In this document: positions 1 through 10,554 of the stretch, piece by piece
Layout of the letters: each line of letters starts with the position of its first letter
How positions within the stretch are numbered: the stretch's first letter is position 1
Source of the DNA: an uncultured Gammaproteobacteria bacterium
Lineage (GTDB): Bacteria; Patescibacteriota; Microgenomatia; UBA1406; GWC2-37-13
Length of the DNA stretch: 64,000 nucleotides
Assembly (NCBI GenBank): GCA_964543535.1
Contig: CAZIYS010000001.1
Span: 195,159-259,158, forward strand
Direction: 5' to 3'
Notes under the pieces: model-generated
Databases searched by the model: none
Seen by the model: the letters and a program-made list of their open reading frames with translations, nothing else
What the model was told of the DNA's origin: nothing
Position numbers and translations under genes: made by a program

Positions 1-372
1 GGTTTAGATGAAATAAAAACCATGATCAAACAAAAAAAAATAAAAGCTTATATTATTACCGCCCGTTACAGTTTTCTAAAACAAGATCTGGAAAAATGGT
101 TAAAAAAAATAGATGTAGATCATTATTTCTCCGGCGTTTTTTACAATGAAAAAGATGAACAGCCACATCTTTTTAAAGAACGAATGATCAAAAAACTGAA
201 ACTTGATATGTTTGTTGAGGACAACTGGGATATTGTAAATTATTTATTAACCAAAAGTCGATCGCCCTCTGGGCAAAAAATCTACTGGATTTACAATATC
301 TTTGATAGAAATATTAAATATAAATATAAACTTTCTTCATTAAAAAACTTTATTAAATCTATAAGTCAATGA
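1..372 (+). CDS. HAD-superfamily-like hydrolase, C-terminal part; the frame is open to the window start
   Basis: No stop codon between position 1 and the listed ORF 22..372. Weak HAD-like C-terminal pattern (IITAR...FVEDNWD). Confidence 0.35.
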   Translation, partial: GLDEIKTMIKQKKIKAYIITARYSFLKQDLEKWLKKIDVDHYFSGVFYNEKDEQPHLFKERMIKKLKLDMFVEDNWDIVNYLLTKSRSPSGQKIYWIYNIFDRNIKYKYKLSSLKNFIKSISQ

Positions 373-1499
373 AAATCCTGATCGTTACTGATTATTTTTA
401 TCCTCACTGGACCGGTATCTCTAAATCGTTATATTACCTTGTTAAAACAAAGATAGAAAACATCAAATTTGACGTTTTAACAACAAAATACAAAAAAGAA
501 TTAAAAAGTAAGGAAAGAATATTTCAAACCACTATTTACAGAGAACCATATATTTTTTCCATGAGTCGAGTTAAATATTCCATCGCTGTTATATTTAGAT
601 TTATTTCACTCGCCCATAATTACGACGGAGTACTTATAAACTCTCCTTGCTCAAATATATTACCTATTTCCTTATTGACAAAAATACTTAATATAAAATT
701 ATTTATTTTCCATCAGGGAGATTTGATTCTTCCTAAAGGATTAAAAAATAGAATATTGGAAATAATTTTTGACATCTCATCACAGATATCTTTTTATATA
801 TCAAATAAAATTAGCACCTACTCAAGAGACTATGCCATACATTCACGAATTATGAAATCTTTTTTAAATAAATTTACTCCCCTATTAATGCCAGTGATTA
901 TTGATAAAAAAAGTATTGATAAAAATAATACCATATATCAAAAATTGTTAAATCTAAAAAAACAAAAAAAAATATTATTTGGATTTGCAGGTAGGTTTGT
1001 AGAAGAAAAAGGTTTTGATATTCTTTTAAACGCAATTCCAGAAACGATTAAAAAAAACCCCAATATTTATTTTGTTTTTGCCGGAGATACTAATATTGCT
1101 TATGAAAATTTTTATAATAAAAATCGTAATAAAATATCACTAGTAAAATCGCATTTAACTATGTTGGGTTTGTTAAAAGAAGTTAACTTACAGAATTTTT
1201 ATCATTTAATAGATTTTATTGTTATTCCTTCTCGTTCAGACTGCTTTAATCTTGTTCAGGCCGAAGCAATGCTTCAAGACAAACCGTCGATTGTTACCAA
1301 CATCCCTGGTGCTAGATTTTTGGTAAAAAATAGCGACTTTGGATTAATTGCAAATGTGAATGATTCTGTTGATTTAAGTTCAAAAATAATTGAGGCTGTC
1401 AAAAAAAAATCCCAGTTATTAAATAATTTTAAGCAATTAAAATTAATATTGAACAACAAAAAAATTATTGAAAATATTAACCAATTTTTAACAAATTAA
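369..1499 (+). CDS. GT-B glycosyltransferase (GT4/GT1-like)
   Basis: Motifs FGFAGRFVEEKGFD, FVFAGD and PSRSDCFNLVQAEAM are typical of the Glycos_transf_1 C-domain. ATGA start/stop overlap with the upstream ORF. Confidence 0.75.
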   Translation: MKILIVTDYFYPHWTGISKSLYYLVKTKIENIKFDVLTTKYKKELKSKERIFQTTIYREPYIFSMSRVKYSIAVIFRFISLAHNYDGVLINSPCSNILPISLLTKILNIKLFIFHQGDLILPKGLKNRILEIIFDISSQISFYISNKISTYSRDYAIHSRIMKSFLNKFTPLLMPVIIDKKSIDKNNTIYQKLLNLKKQKKILFGFAGRFVEEKGFDILLNAIPETIKKNPNIYFVFAGDTNIAYENFYNKNRNKISLVKSHLTMLGLLKEVNLQNFYHLIDFIVIPSRSDCFNLVQAEAMLQDKPSIVTNIPGARFLVKNSDFGLIANVNDSVDLSSKIIEAVKKKSQLLNNFKQLKLILNNKKIIENINQFLTN

Positions 1500-2778
1500 T
1501 AAATACAATTAAGATTAATGATAAATAAAAAAATAAAGGGAGAGCCTGAATTAATATGTCTTTCTTTTTAATATTAAATATTTTACTATTTGAAGATTCA
1601 CGTATAATCAAATAACCTATCCATATTAAAAAACTCGATACAATAAAAAAAACAATTGATTTGGTTATACTATTAAAATAAAAAAGATTATTGTATTCAA
1701 TCGTTGATATAAAAGAAGATATTGGACGTAATAATGTATGATCAAAAAGACCCGGGAACATTAATAAGGTATATATAAAATAACCATAATATAACCAAGG
1801 TAAACTATTAAATAGTTTCTTATTAACGCTTGCATTAAGCAGTAAAAACGGAACTAAAAAAAGATATCTTTGGACGAACCAAAAAGAAGTAAAAAAGTAT
1901 AAAGAAGAAAATAAAAATCCGTATTTTAAGATAGAATTAAAGTCTTTCTTTTTTTCTAATAATAATTTGCCCAATAATAAACCATAAAGAACTATATAAA
2001 AACTTACCTTAAAATTTCCAATAGATAAACCAGTGTTTAACATTTTATAATTTTCTGAGAATAAGAACATTTTTAGAAAATCATTATTATAAAAAGGAAT
2101 AACTGATATTAAATATGGGGCCAATAAAATAACAATAAATTTTATTTTTTCAAAAAAAGTTCTTGTTAAAATTATTAAAAAAGGTAGCGCTAATAAAAAT
2201 GGGTAGTGTTTAAATGCTCCTCCTAATCCAAGTAAAAAGGCGGTAATAAAAATGTTCTTTTTTTTTGCATAATACAGCGATGTTAAAACAAAAAATGCAG
2301 GAATAATGTCAAATTGACCTTGAATAAAAGTTATAAATATTACAATTGGATTTAATAACCACAATAGAAACCAAAAGAAACGATTCTTATTAAAAAACTT
2401 AGAAAAAAAGACTGCAGACAAAAAGTGTAATATTAAAAATGGTAATTTTGCCCAAAATAAAAAATTCTTATTTAAGATTAACTCAAAAATTGGGCATTGA
2501 TTAACAGAAAAAATAGATGAAGGAATAATTTTAAAAAATTGTAAAAATTTCAGATAAGATCCAATTGTTAAATAATAAAGAGGGGGCCAAGTCGCATCTA
2601 GCCATGGACATATATTTTTATTAAGTCTTACTAAAGAATAAATATTTCCTTTTCCTATCATATTTGGAACATAAAACATCGCAAATAAATCAGGAAAAGA
2701 AAAGGAAATCATTAAAATAATGAAAAAAATTATGATTATTCCCAAAAAAATCAATCTCTTATTTAATATTTTTTTCAT
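1477..2778 (-). CDS. polytopic membrane protein, putative GT-C-type glycosyltransferase
   Basis: 433 aa with more than 10 hydrophobic segments. Overlaps the next membrane glycosyltransferase-like gene by 20 nt. Sits in a glycosylation gene context. Confidence 0.45.
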   Translation of the reverse strand: MKKILNKRLIFLGIIIIFFIILMISFSFPDLFAMFYVPNMIGKGNIYSLVRLNKNICPWLDATWPPLYYLTIGSYLKFLQFFKIIPSSIFSVNQCPIFELILNKNFLFWAKLPFLILHFLSAVFFSKFFNKNRFFWFLLWLLNPIVIFITFIQGQFDIIPAFFVLTSLYYAKKKNIFITAFLLGLGGAFKHYPFLLALPFLIILTRTFFEKIKFIVILLAPYLISVIPFYNNDFLKMFLFSENYKMLNTGLSIGNFKVSFYIVLYGLLLGKLLLEKKKDFNSILKYGFLFSSLYFFTSFWFVQRYLFLVPFLLLNASVNKKLFNSLPWLYYGYFIYTLLMFPGLFDHTLLRPISSFISTIEYNNLFYFNSITKSIVFFIVSSFLIWIGYLIIRESSNSKIFNIKKKDILIQALPLFFYLSLILIVFINLLKIG

Positions 2779-4450
2779 TCTTATATATCATAACTTTCGG
2801 ATGATCATAAACAGTAAAATTTTCATCAGACCACTGGTCAGAAAGTTCTAATGGAATACCTAGATATTTTAAAGATGGATATGAAGTAAATTCTTTTATT
2901 TTTTTATAACCAGGATTTTTATCGGCTAATAATTCATTATAAAATTTAGATGTCAGGGGATATTTTTTGGGAACGGTCGGAATACTCCCCCATCCACGGT
3001 TAGAGGACAAAATATAATAATTAGCTTTTTCTAATGATTTATTGATTTTCTGCCATTTTTCCGGCGTATCCGGATCAAAAACGGGCAGCTGCTCTCCTGA
3101 AAATTGTTTACCATAACTGTTTGTGACCGGAAGCGGTAATGAATCATCCCATGATTCACTCAAAATATAAGAGCCATTGGGTAAATTTTTGTAAATCCAT
3201 TCTGATGCTTCAACGCGGGTATGTTTATTAAAATAAATTGAGGAAAACATTAGAGGCCATATTATTAAAAAAATTACAAATAATAAATTACAAATAACAA
3301 ATAAATTTTTATTTTTTATTTTTTCTAAAAGAAAATTTATACCTATGCCTGCAAAAATTGCCAAAAAGGGGTAGATGATAATAAAATATCTCAAGGTCGG
3401 AGTTACTTGTAAACTTTGATAAACAAAAAATCCTATCATCCAGATCAAAATAGCTAATAATTGCCAGCTTTTAGAAATTTGTTTTTTGAAAATTCCAATA
3501 ATTAAAAATATTGTTGGTATTATTCCAAATCCAAATACTGAATTATTAACTAAACTATGCAATACCGTATTCTTATTCAGCCACTGCACCATTGGCGGAA
3601 ACCAGTTGTTTATATCTTTAACCGTCATATTCTTTAATGACTTCATATTTTCAACAAAATTCTGGCTCAGTTGAGGATTAAAAAAATTGGCTGATTGAAA
3701 CAAATATGGATCGGCAAACCTTAACGTGAAATAAGAAATCCCTAAATAAATAAATACAATCAATAGCCACTTACCTATCCGTGACGGCCGTCCCAGATAG
3801 GTAAGGCTGATAAGAAGTAGATTAAGTGGTAAGATGAATAACGCTGTTATTTTACTGGCCAAGGCCAAACCGAAAAAAATGGCGGATAAAAATAAATATT
3901 GTACGGAACGCATATATGCGTTCCGTACAGAATATCGTAATGCAAAATAGAACGATCCAAACATAAAAAAATTCAAGAAAGTATCAACCGCGAAAAAATG
4001 AGACAGTTGAATCGGCAGAACGGCGATTGCGTAGAAAAAGGCAGCCCAATATTTGATATTCGGTGAAAATCCTTTATTTTTTTCAAATAATTTGACTATC
4101 TTAATGATCAGCAAAATAACCAACAGATCAAAAAAAGCTGATAACTGACGTCCTAAAATTGTAAAGTCATTATAGTTATCTAGGTTTAATTTAACGGCTA
4201 AAAATTTTGTAAAAATTAAGGGAAATCGGCCATAGACAAAGAAGTTGTAACCAATATTAGCCGGATTTAACAACGAAGTTTTCTGGTCAAAATATTGATT
4301 AACATTTGTTGGTAACTTCATTGCGTTCCCTACCATGGTCAAAAATCTCTCATCGGGATGAAGATGAAAATTGGCGTCCCAGTTAAGATTATTAAAACGG
4401 AAAAAAAACGCCAACAAAATAATCACTAATCCAATTATTATTTTTTTCAT
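2759..4450 (-). CDS. polytopic membrane protein, ArnT/PMT-like (GT-C) glycosyltransferase
   Basis: 563 aa. N-terminal HPDERFLTMV-type loop followed by many TM helices and a soluble C-terminal domain. Confidence 0.5.
   Translation of the reverse strand: MKKIIIGLVIILLAFFFRFNNLNWDANFHLHPDERFLTMVGNAMKLPTNVNQYFDQKTSLLNPANIGYNFFVYGRFPLIFTKFLAVKLNLDNYNDFTILGRQLSAFFDLLVILLIIKIVKLFEKNKGFSPNIKYWAAFFYAIAVLPIQLSHFFAVDTFLNFFMFGSFYFALRYSVRNAYMRSVQYLFLSAIFFGLALASKITALFILPLNLLLISLTYLGRPSRIGKWLLIVFIYLGISYFTLRFADPYLFQSANFFNPQLSQNFVENMKSLKNMTVKDINNWFPPMVQWLNKNTVLHSLVNNSVFGFGIIPTIFLIIGIFKKQISKSWQLLAILIWMIGFFVYQSLQVTPTLRYFIIIYPFLAIFAGIGINFLLEKIKNKNLFVICNLLFVIFLIIWPLMFSSIYFNKHTRVEASEWIYKNLPNGSYILSESWDDSLPLPVTNSYGKQFSGEQLPVFDPDTPEKWQKINKSLEKANYYILSSNRGWGSIPTVPKKYPLTSKFYNELLADKNPGYKKIKEFTSYPSLKYLGIPLELSDQWSDENFTVYDHPKVMIYKNEKNIK
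3770..3805. repeat. GC-rich palindromic element, family D, copy inside a CDS
   Basis: cttacctatccgtgacggccgtcccagataggtaag is near-identical to intergenic 20082-20112. Read in frame as LTYLGRPSRIGK within ORF 2759..4450. Confidence 0.8.
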
Positions 4451-4458
4451 GAATCAAC

Positions 4459-5355
4459 TTATTTCTTAAAAATTTTTTTAAACGGATTTAAGGATTTAAT
4501 AAAATTCCTTTTTTCATTATCAATATAAAAACGCAGAATATCTCGAGTAGTAATAATGCCTAAAGGATGCCTTTCTTTATCAACAATAATGACACTGCCA
4601 ATCTTTTTATTGACAATTAGGTTAATCACCTCAATTAATAGTTTTTCTTTTGATAAGGTTAGAACATAACTCTTGGCAAAATTTTTTACCCGATAATTAT
4701 AAAAGCTTATTCTGTCACTGCTTTTTTCGCCTCGATTAGAATACTTTGGACTAATCATTAGTCTGATTAAGTCGTAATAACTCAATACTCCTTTTAGTTT
4801 TCTTTCTTGATTAATGACGACTAATTTGGAGATTTTTTTGGTTTTAAAAAGGTGAATTGCCTGACTAATCATGTCATCTTCATAAACCGTGATTAAACCT
4901 TGCCATCTTTTTCTAATAATCTCTTCTACTTTAACTTTAAAAATCGGTTGATCTTTAAAATAAGATAATACTCGACGGGCGGAAATAATCCCTAAAAATT
5001 TCTCTGGGGATTTACCCTGAACCCTAAGTGGTTCAGGGTCAAAAACCGGTAAATAATGAATTTTTGATTGAATAAAAAGTTCGCAAACTTTAGATAAAGG
5101 ATAGTTAAGATAAATTTTTGAAGTATGAGTCAAACAATGTTCAACTTTAGTATTCCCAGGAAACGAAGATTTAATCATCGTAAAATACGGATTAATCACT
5201 CCTAAATATTTATCATTATCGTCAAAGACAAAGGCCGCGTCGTGCGAAGTTGATAATTTACTTAAAACTTTAGAAAGGTGATCTTCCGGAGAAACTTTTA
5301 TAATATTATTTTCTTTTAAGATATTTAAAAGCCGCATAAGATTGTTATAACACAA
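4459..5355 (-). CDS. CBS-domain protein (two CBS pairs)
   Basis: Repeated CBS-like blocks (LGVINPYF..., LGIISARRVL, KGVLSYYDLI, LGIITTRDIL). Confidence 0.7.
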   Translation of the reverse strand: MCYNNLMRLLNILKENNIIKVSPEDHLSKVLSKLSTSHDAAFVFDDNDKYLGVINPYFTMIKSSFPGNTKVEHCLTHTSKIYLNYPLSKVCELFIQSKIHYLPVFDPEPLRVQGKSPEKFLGIISARRVLSYFKDQPIFKVKVEEIIRKRWQGLITVYEDDMISQAIHLFKTKKISKLVVINQERKLKGVLSYYDLIRLMISPKYSNRGEKSSDRISFYNYRVKNFAKSYVLTLSKEKLLIEVINLIVNKKIGSVIIVDKERHPLGIITTRDILRFYIDNEKRNFIKSLNPFKKIFKK

Positions 5356-6544
5356 ACTGACCGCTTTTGTAAATGATTTTTTTTGATCCGTCTTTTAAAA
5401 TGGCTTCAACCATCTTATCATTGGTATTGATAATATCGCAGTGCTCAACCGATTCGTTAAAACCCAAATGCTCCCAATCTTTTTCTTTCATTTTTTTAAT
5501 ATCACCATTATAACAATCATGATATGAAGTTCCAACCGCCAAATGACTATTACCGAACTGGCCGCCGAAATTCTCATCATATAAAGTATTGGCCATGAAA
5601 CGGGAGATCTTGGAAAATCTAATATCCGTCAAGGAAAACTCACCGATTTTATTGGCATTTTTTTGGGCAATCAAAGCTTTAAGCAATCCTTCGTTTTGAT
5701 CAGCTTGTGCTTTGACAACGACTCCATCTTTGAATTCTAAATGAATATTTTTAATTATATTTCCATATCTATAAAGCGGAAAGTTAAAAAATATTTTTCC
5801 GTTAACACCTCGCCAGTCAGGCGAAGTAAAGATCTCAAAAGACGGAATATTTACTCCCGAGCCACCCTGCCAAATTCTTTTTTCACCCAAAGAAATATAT
5901 AGATCGGTTTTTTCAGAAACCATATGATATTTTTCTACCGGCAGTTCGTTTAATTTTTTCTTTAAGTCATTTATCTGTCGAAAAGTTGTTTTCCATGTAG
6001 GGATCGGGTTTCCCGATCCCAAATAACAAGCATTGATTATCTCTTGCCAGAATTCTTTGATTGACAACCCTGCCTCGTGGGCCATTCCTTTGGTTCCATA
6101 CAAACACAAAGTCCAGGTTAATTTGCCTTGATCTTCTTTTTCAAATAACCATTTTCGAAGTTGTTGTTTTTCGCTGTTAGCAATGATAATCTTTTTCGGA
6201 TCAATGTCTTTTAAAAGAAACGGGTCAGTCGGAGCGATCAAATATATCCTGTGATCAATCGTATTAACTAAAGTTTTAGTATATTCTTTAGGAAAAAATT
6301 TCAGTTGATGATCTTTGGCATTTTCAAACATTACTTTCTGAAAACTTTCATCAATATTTTTCACCATCGGATAAGCGCCTTTTTCCAGAATTCTTTTGTA
6401 AACCACCAAGGCTAACGGTAGAGCTTCTGAATCATATTGAAGATAGATTATTTGTTTTTCCTTAATTCCCTGTCCTTTCCCTAGTGCGAAGTCAATCAAC
6501 ACTTTAGCGTAGTTTTCGAGAATTTTTTTTGAAGGAATAAACAT
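5345..6544 (-). CDS. aminopeptidase, M29 (AmpS/PepS) family
   Basis: 399 aa. Conserved C-terminal block GGQFGNSHLAVGTSY...VEHCDII is typical of thermophilic-metalloprotease M29. Confidence 0.8.
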   Translation of the reverse strand: MFIPSKKILENYAKVLIDFALGKGQGIKEKQIIYLQYDSEALPLALVVYKRILEKGAYPMVKNIDESFQKVMFENAKDHQLKFFPKEYTKTLVNTIDHRIYLIAPTDPFLLKDIDPKKIIIANSEKQQLRKWLFEKEDQGKLTWTLCLYGTKGMAHEAGLSIKEFWQEIINACYLGSGNPIPTWKTTFRQINDLKKKLNELPVEKYHMVSEKTDLYISLGEKRIWQGGSGVNIPSFEIFTSPDWRGVNGKIFFNFPLYRYGNIIKNIHLEFKDGVVVKAQADQNEGLLKALIAQKNANKIGEFSLTDIRFSKISRFMANTLYDENFGGQFGNSHLAVGTSYHDCYNGDIKKMKEKDWEHLGFNESVEHCDIINTNDKMVEAILKDGSKKIIYKSGQFVL

Positions 6545-6577
6545 TATTTATTATATTCTATTTAACGAGTTATTTAT

Positions 6578-6610
6578 TTAGCGAGTTAAAAAAAATAGGT
6601 AACTCGCTAA
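6578..6610 (-). terminator. 11-bp-stem hairpin between the UPRT-like gene and the aminopeptidase gene
   Basis: ttagcgagtta / taactcgctaa arms with an A/T-run loop. Lies downstream of the stop at 6662. Confidence 0.4.
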
Positions 6611-6661
6611 ACTCGTAATAATTAATAAATTAATTATATTTAATTATAACAGTTTAACTGT

Positions 6662-7546
6662 TTATCTTTCCGGCAAAAAGTGGCGGAGAATGTGACCGGC
6701 GTCGCCAACCGCTCGGTCGCCTATTAAATAATAACTGGAGTTTAGCTCGTCAGCTACTCCAACACTATAAAAACAAGTTTTTATCCCCAACTCCTCCAAG
6801 GCTTTTTTCATTAGCAAAGTTCCCGCTTGAGTCAAACTGATTGACCGATGATAAATCTTAGACGGCTTTATTCCAAGTTTTTCGGCAGCTATTATGAAGG
6901 CGGAGCTTGAGGCGCCGGAGGCCGGATTAACAAAATCACTTATCAATATTGGCTGATTATTAATTTGCTCCAATTGTTTTTTATTTCGCCACAAAACCGT
7001 TACAGATAGATTGGTCGTCGGCTCCCCTTTCAAATGAGTTCTTTTGGTGACAACCCGAATTTCATTTTTAAGCGAAGAGTTCCTACTTTTTCCTAAAGCT
7101 AATCGGGTGGTCACTAACCCTGCTCTTTCCAAACTAATTGCCGGTAATTTTAAATCATCTATTTTAAACTGTTTTTCATGTTTTCGAAGCATTTCATAAC
7201 CATTTTTAGCCAGTTGAAAATATTCTTCAGCAATGCCGCTATCATGATAGAGATTGGAATTGAAAACGATTTTCTGAGCAATATTGTTAATCTTATCCAT
7301 CAAGTGTTTGGCGTCTTTATAATAATTTTCCAAAATAAAGATCTGGTTTTTTTCTAGATTTTTTAGATTCCATTGACCAAATTGACCATGATATTTACCA
7401 ATTAATTTTTTAAACAAATCTTTAAATTTAACAATGTGGTCAACGAGAGGATTGCCAAAAAAACCATTAGGATCTAAAAGATAAGGCGAGACATTAATTT
7501 TTTTTCCATTCTTTCCTGATTGAATAGTTACTTTGTCGAAAATCAC
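6662..7546 (-). CDS. uracil phosphoribosyltransferase-like protein with ~130-aa N-terminal extension
   Basis: The C-terminal half carries the UPRT-type order ERAG...D-x-x-NPASGAS...DR-x-x-GDAG. Adjacent to pyrF. Confidence 0.5.
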   Translation of the reverse strand: MIFDKVTIQSGKNGKKINVSPYLLDPNGFFGNPLVDHIVKFKDLFKKLIGKYHGQFGQWNLKNLEKNQIFILENYYKDAKHLMDKINNIAQKIVFNSNLYHDSGIAEEYFQLAKNGYEMLRKHEKQFKIDDLKLPAISLERAGLVTTRLALGKSRNSSLKNEIRVVTKRTHLKGEPTTNLSVTVLWRNKKQLEQINNQPILISDFVNPASGASSSAFIIAAEKLGIKPSKIYHRSISLTQAGTLLMKKALEELGIKTCFYSVGVADELNSSYYLIGDRAVGDAGHILRHFLPER

Positions 7547-7555
7547 AATTAGTAA

Positions 7556-8410
7556 TTAGTAATTGGTAATTAGAAATTTATTTATCTCGTTTCTCAATTT
7601 CTCCGCTTCTTCACGCGGGTTTTTGGCGAAGATAATACCCCGGGAGGAATTTATTATTAATCCTTGTTTTTTAGAATTTAATCCTGCTTTAAGAGTCGCT
7701 TCCAAATCGCCTCCCTGAGCGCCAATACCTGGAATCAACAACGTCATATCCCCCACTATCTTTCTTACTTCCTTAAGTTCAGAAGGATAAGTAGCGCCAA
7801 CTACCAACATGCAGTTTTTGTTCTTGTTCCACTTTTTGGCAATGTTTTTAGCAACAATTTGATATAAAGGTCTTACCATCTTTGCTCGATCGTGCAGAGA
7901 TGGTATAGAAACCTGGAGATTTTGAAATTCATCACTACCCGGATTAGATGTTTTACATAAAATTATTATTCCTTTATCAATGCAATCCAAAAATGGTCTT
8001 ATAGCCTCTTCTCCTAAATACGGATGAACGGTCACGGCATCAGCACCAAGGTATGTAAAAACAAATTGAACATAACCTTTATTTGTATTGCCAATATCGG
8101 CCCGCTTGGCATCGATGATGATGGGAATTTCCGGATATTTTGCTTTTAAATAATCACAGGTGTCTTTTAAAGCATTTATTCCTTCATGTCCTATAGACTC
8201 ATAGAAGGCTGTGTTCAATTTGTAAGAACAAACCAGGTCATGGGTGGCTTCAATTATCTTCTTATTGAACGAAAGCTGATTCCGTGGAGCGGAATCATCC
8301 TGAGCGAACGTTGTAAGTCGAAGGATCTTCTCCATATCACTATCTAACCCCACACAAACCAAAGACTTGTTTTTTTTGACGATTGCGTCAAGTTTTTCTT
8401 GAAAGATCAT
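7556..8410 (-). CDS. pyrF: orotidine 5'-phosphate decarboxylase (type 2)
   Basis: LVCVGLD, IIDAKRADIGNT and PGIGAQGG motifs. Confidence 0.85.
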   Translation of the reverse strand: MIFQEKLDAIVKKNKSLVCVGLDSDMEKILRLTTFAQDDSAPRNQLSFNKKIIEATHDLVCSYKLNTAFYESIGHEGINALKDTCDYLKAKYPEIPIIIDAKRADIGNTNKGYVQFVFTYLGADAVTVHPYLGEEAIRPFLDCIDKGIIILCKTSNPGSDEFQNLQVSIPSLHDRAKMVRPLYQIVAKNIAKKWNKNKNCMLVVGATYPSELKEVRKIVGDMTLLIPGIGAQGGDLEATLKAGLNSKKQGLIINSSRGIIFAKNPREEAEKLRNEINKFLITNY

Positions 8411-8425
8411 AAGATTAAAATTAAT

Positions 8426-9727
8426 TTATAATAAATAAGCCGGAAAAAAAAGTACCCAAATATCTTGGTGTTTTTTAACAGTCAATAAATTTTTCGTTAT
8501 TACAACAGCTTTTTTTTGCTTATACTTATTTAAAAAGTTATGAAAACTCCGAGTAAGATTCGTGTCTGGCGATTCTTGATATTTTACTTCTAAGGGAATT
8601 AATTCGTTTTGAAACTCAATCACAAAATCTACTTCCGCTCCTTGTTTAGTCCGCCAATATTTAATTTCATAGCGAAAATTGTTTTCTAATCTGCGACGAA
8701 AATATAATTGTTGAAAAACAAAACATTCAACCAAATTTCCTTTATCTTGGCGGGAATCTATTGGCCGAAAATCATTAATTAGACTATTTCTTAGGCCAAT
8801 ATCCAAGAAGTAAGCTTTTGGAGTTTTTTTTATTTCCGTAGTTTTGTTAGTCGCATAAGAATTAATTAACTTAATAATAAAAGTGTTTTCCAACTGTGAT
8901 AGATATTGTTTTACCTGACGGTATGGCGTACCCATTTCTTTTGACAATGAGGAATAATTTAACATTCCTCCATTAATCGCCGAAAGAGATTTAACAAAAT
9001 TTTGAAATTGCAAAAAATCCCCAATCCGTAAATATTTAATAATATCTTTTTCTACGTAAGTCTCTAATAAATTAGTCAGTGTTTCCTGTTTTAATGAAGA
9101 GTCTATCGTGTTTACCCGCGGATAACCACCATACATCAGATATGATTCAAAAGATTTTGTTAGTTCATTGTTAAAAATCAGTTTTGGCAAATAATCGACA
9201 AATCCCGTCTTTAAATAATTTCTGAAAAAACTATTATTTTTTTTCCAGTAGTGATAAAGCGGTTTTTCTTGTAATAAAAGTGACTCTCCGAATGAAAAAG
9301 GGTAAAGATTCAAATATATTATTCGGCCAACCAAAGCGCTAGCTATTTCTCGTATTGCCAGGCTGGCTGATCCGGTGATTATGAATTTTGCTTGTGGAAA
9401 AGTATCATATAGTTCTTTTAATATCTTACCTCCATTTTTGACATATTGAAATTCATCAAAAAGAAAATAAACTTTATTTTTTTTTTGACAATAGGCTGAT
9501 ATAAATTCTTTTGGTGAAGTAATAAAAGAAGTTAAACTTTGATTATTTTCAAAACTGATGTATATGGTATTATCCAATGGGAGTTTTTCTTTAATTTTAT
9601 TCAAAAGAGTAGTTTTACCAGATTGACGAGGTCCGTTTAATGCAATTATTTCTTTTTCTTTAATCCAGGGCAAAATACGGCTAAAAACCTCCCTTTCAAC
9701 AATATTAACATTACTTTTTTTACTCAT
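8426..9727 (-). CDS. AAA+ ATPase of the DUF4143 type
   Basis: Walker A GPRQSGKTTLL, Walker B-like FLFDEFQ, and a C-terminal DUF4143-like region. Has its own promoter. Confidence 0.8.
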   Translation of the reverse strand: MSKKSNVNIVEREVFSRILPWIKEKEIIALNGPRQSGKTTLLNKIKEKLPLDNTIYISFENNQSLTSFITSPKEFISAYCQKKNKVYFLFDEFQYVKNGGKILKELYDTFPQAKFIITGSASLAIREIASALVGRIIYLNLYPFSFGESLLLQEKPLYHYWKKNNSFFRNYLKTGFVDYLPKLIFNNELTKSFESYLMYGGYPRVNTIDSSLKQETLTNLLETYVEKDIIKYLRIGDFLQFQNFVKSLSAINGGMLNYSSLSKEMGTPYRQVKQYLSQLENTFIIKLINSYATNKTTEIKKTPKAYFLDIGLRNSLINDFRPIDSRQDKGNLVECFVFQQLYFRRRLENNFRYEIKYWRTKQGAEVDFVIEFQNELIPLEVKYQESPDTNLTRSFHNFLNKYKQKKAVVITKNLLTVKKHQDIWVLFFPAYLL

Positions 9728-9736
9728 ACTGTAATA

Positions 9737-9765
9737 ATAGTATTACTTTTATAACGGCTTGTCAA
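9737..9765 (-). promoter_or_regulatory. sigma70-like promoter of the ATPase gene
   Basis: Minus strand reads TTGACA, 17 nt, TACTAT, 9 nt, ATG. Confidence 0.5.
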
Positions 9766-9783
9766 GAGTATTTTGCTAAAAGT

Positions 9784-9823
9784 GTCATTCCCGCGGAGGC
9801 GGGCTATAGTCCCCTTTAGGGGA
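9784..9823. repeat. GC-rich palindromic element family A plus an adjacent small hairpin
   Basis: gtcattcccgcggaggcggg is the exact reverse complement of 58208-58227. Followed by the hairpin tcccctttagggga. Confidence 0.75.
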
Positions 9824-9921
9824 AATCCAGTCTAAAATTACTACTATGAAGTTTATAGATACGAAGCGATTCTTTTTGTTTTGAAATAATCTTATCTCGT
9901 TCTTATTGAATGATCACAATG

Positions 9922-10548
9922 TTATTTTTTCAAAATATTTTTTCTTGATTCTAAAGTAAATTTTAAACATTTATCATTTAATTTTTTATCAATTCTTTTA
10001 TGCTTAAGTAATATTGCAAAAACCTCTTTTACATTATAAATAACATGACACTTGTATCCTTGTTTCTCAATTATTTCTGGTCCTCCCTGCCACCTATCAA
10101 GTAAAACAACGATGTCTTTTACCGTCAAACCCTCATCCAAAACTGGTTTAATTGTCTCTAGTTTACTGTCACCATTGGTTATAACATCATCTACTATGAT
10201 AGCTTTTTGACCATTATGATAGTTGCCTTCAATTAATTTACTAGTTCCATATGATTTTCTTTCTTTTCTGACAAAAACCATGCGTTGATTTTGGTATAAG
10301 GAAATTGCAGTAGCTATTGGAATGGCTGTGTAAGGTACACCAACCATGACATCAAAGTATAATGTCCTCATTGTTTCCCAAAATACATTCGCGGTTAATT
10401 TGAGAAGATATGGATAAGAAACTATCATACGGAGATCGATGTAATATGGAGACATTATCCCAGACTTAAGTTTAAATTCTCCAAATTTAATACCATTAAC
10501 TGCAAACAAATCGAGAATCAGTTTTTCTCTTTGGGTAATTTTATCCAT
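9922..10548 (-). CDS. pyrE: orotate phosphoribosyltransferase
   Basis: PRPP-binding loop AIIVDDVITNGDS and an N-terminal FKLKSG-type motif. Confidence 0.85.
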   Translation of the reverse strand: MDKITQREKLILDLFAVNGIKFGEFKLKSGIMSPYYIDLRMIVSYPYLLKLTANVFWETMRTLYFDVMVGVPYTAIPIATAISLYQNQRMVFVRKERKSYGTSKLIEGNYHNGQKAIIVDDVITNGDSKLETIKPVLDEGLTVKDIVVLLDRWQGGPEIIEKQGYKCHVIYNVKEVFAILLKHKRIDKKLNDKCLKFTLESRKNILKK

Positions 10549-10554
10549 AGGATT

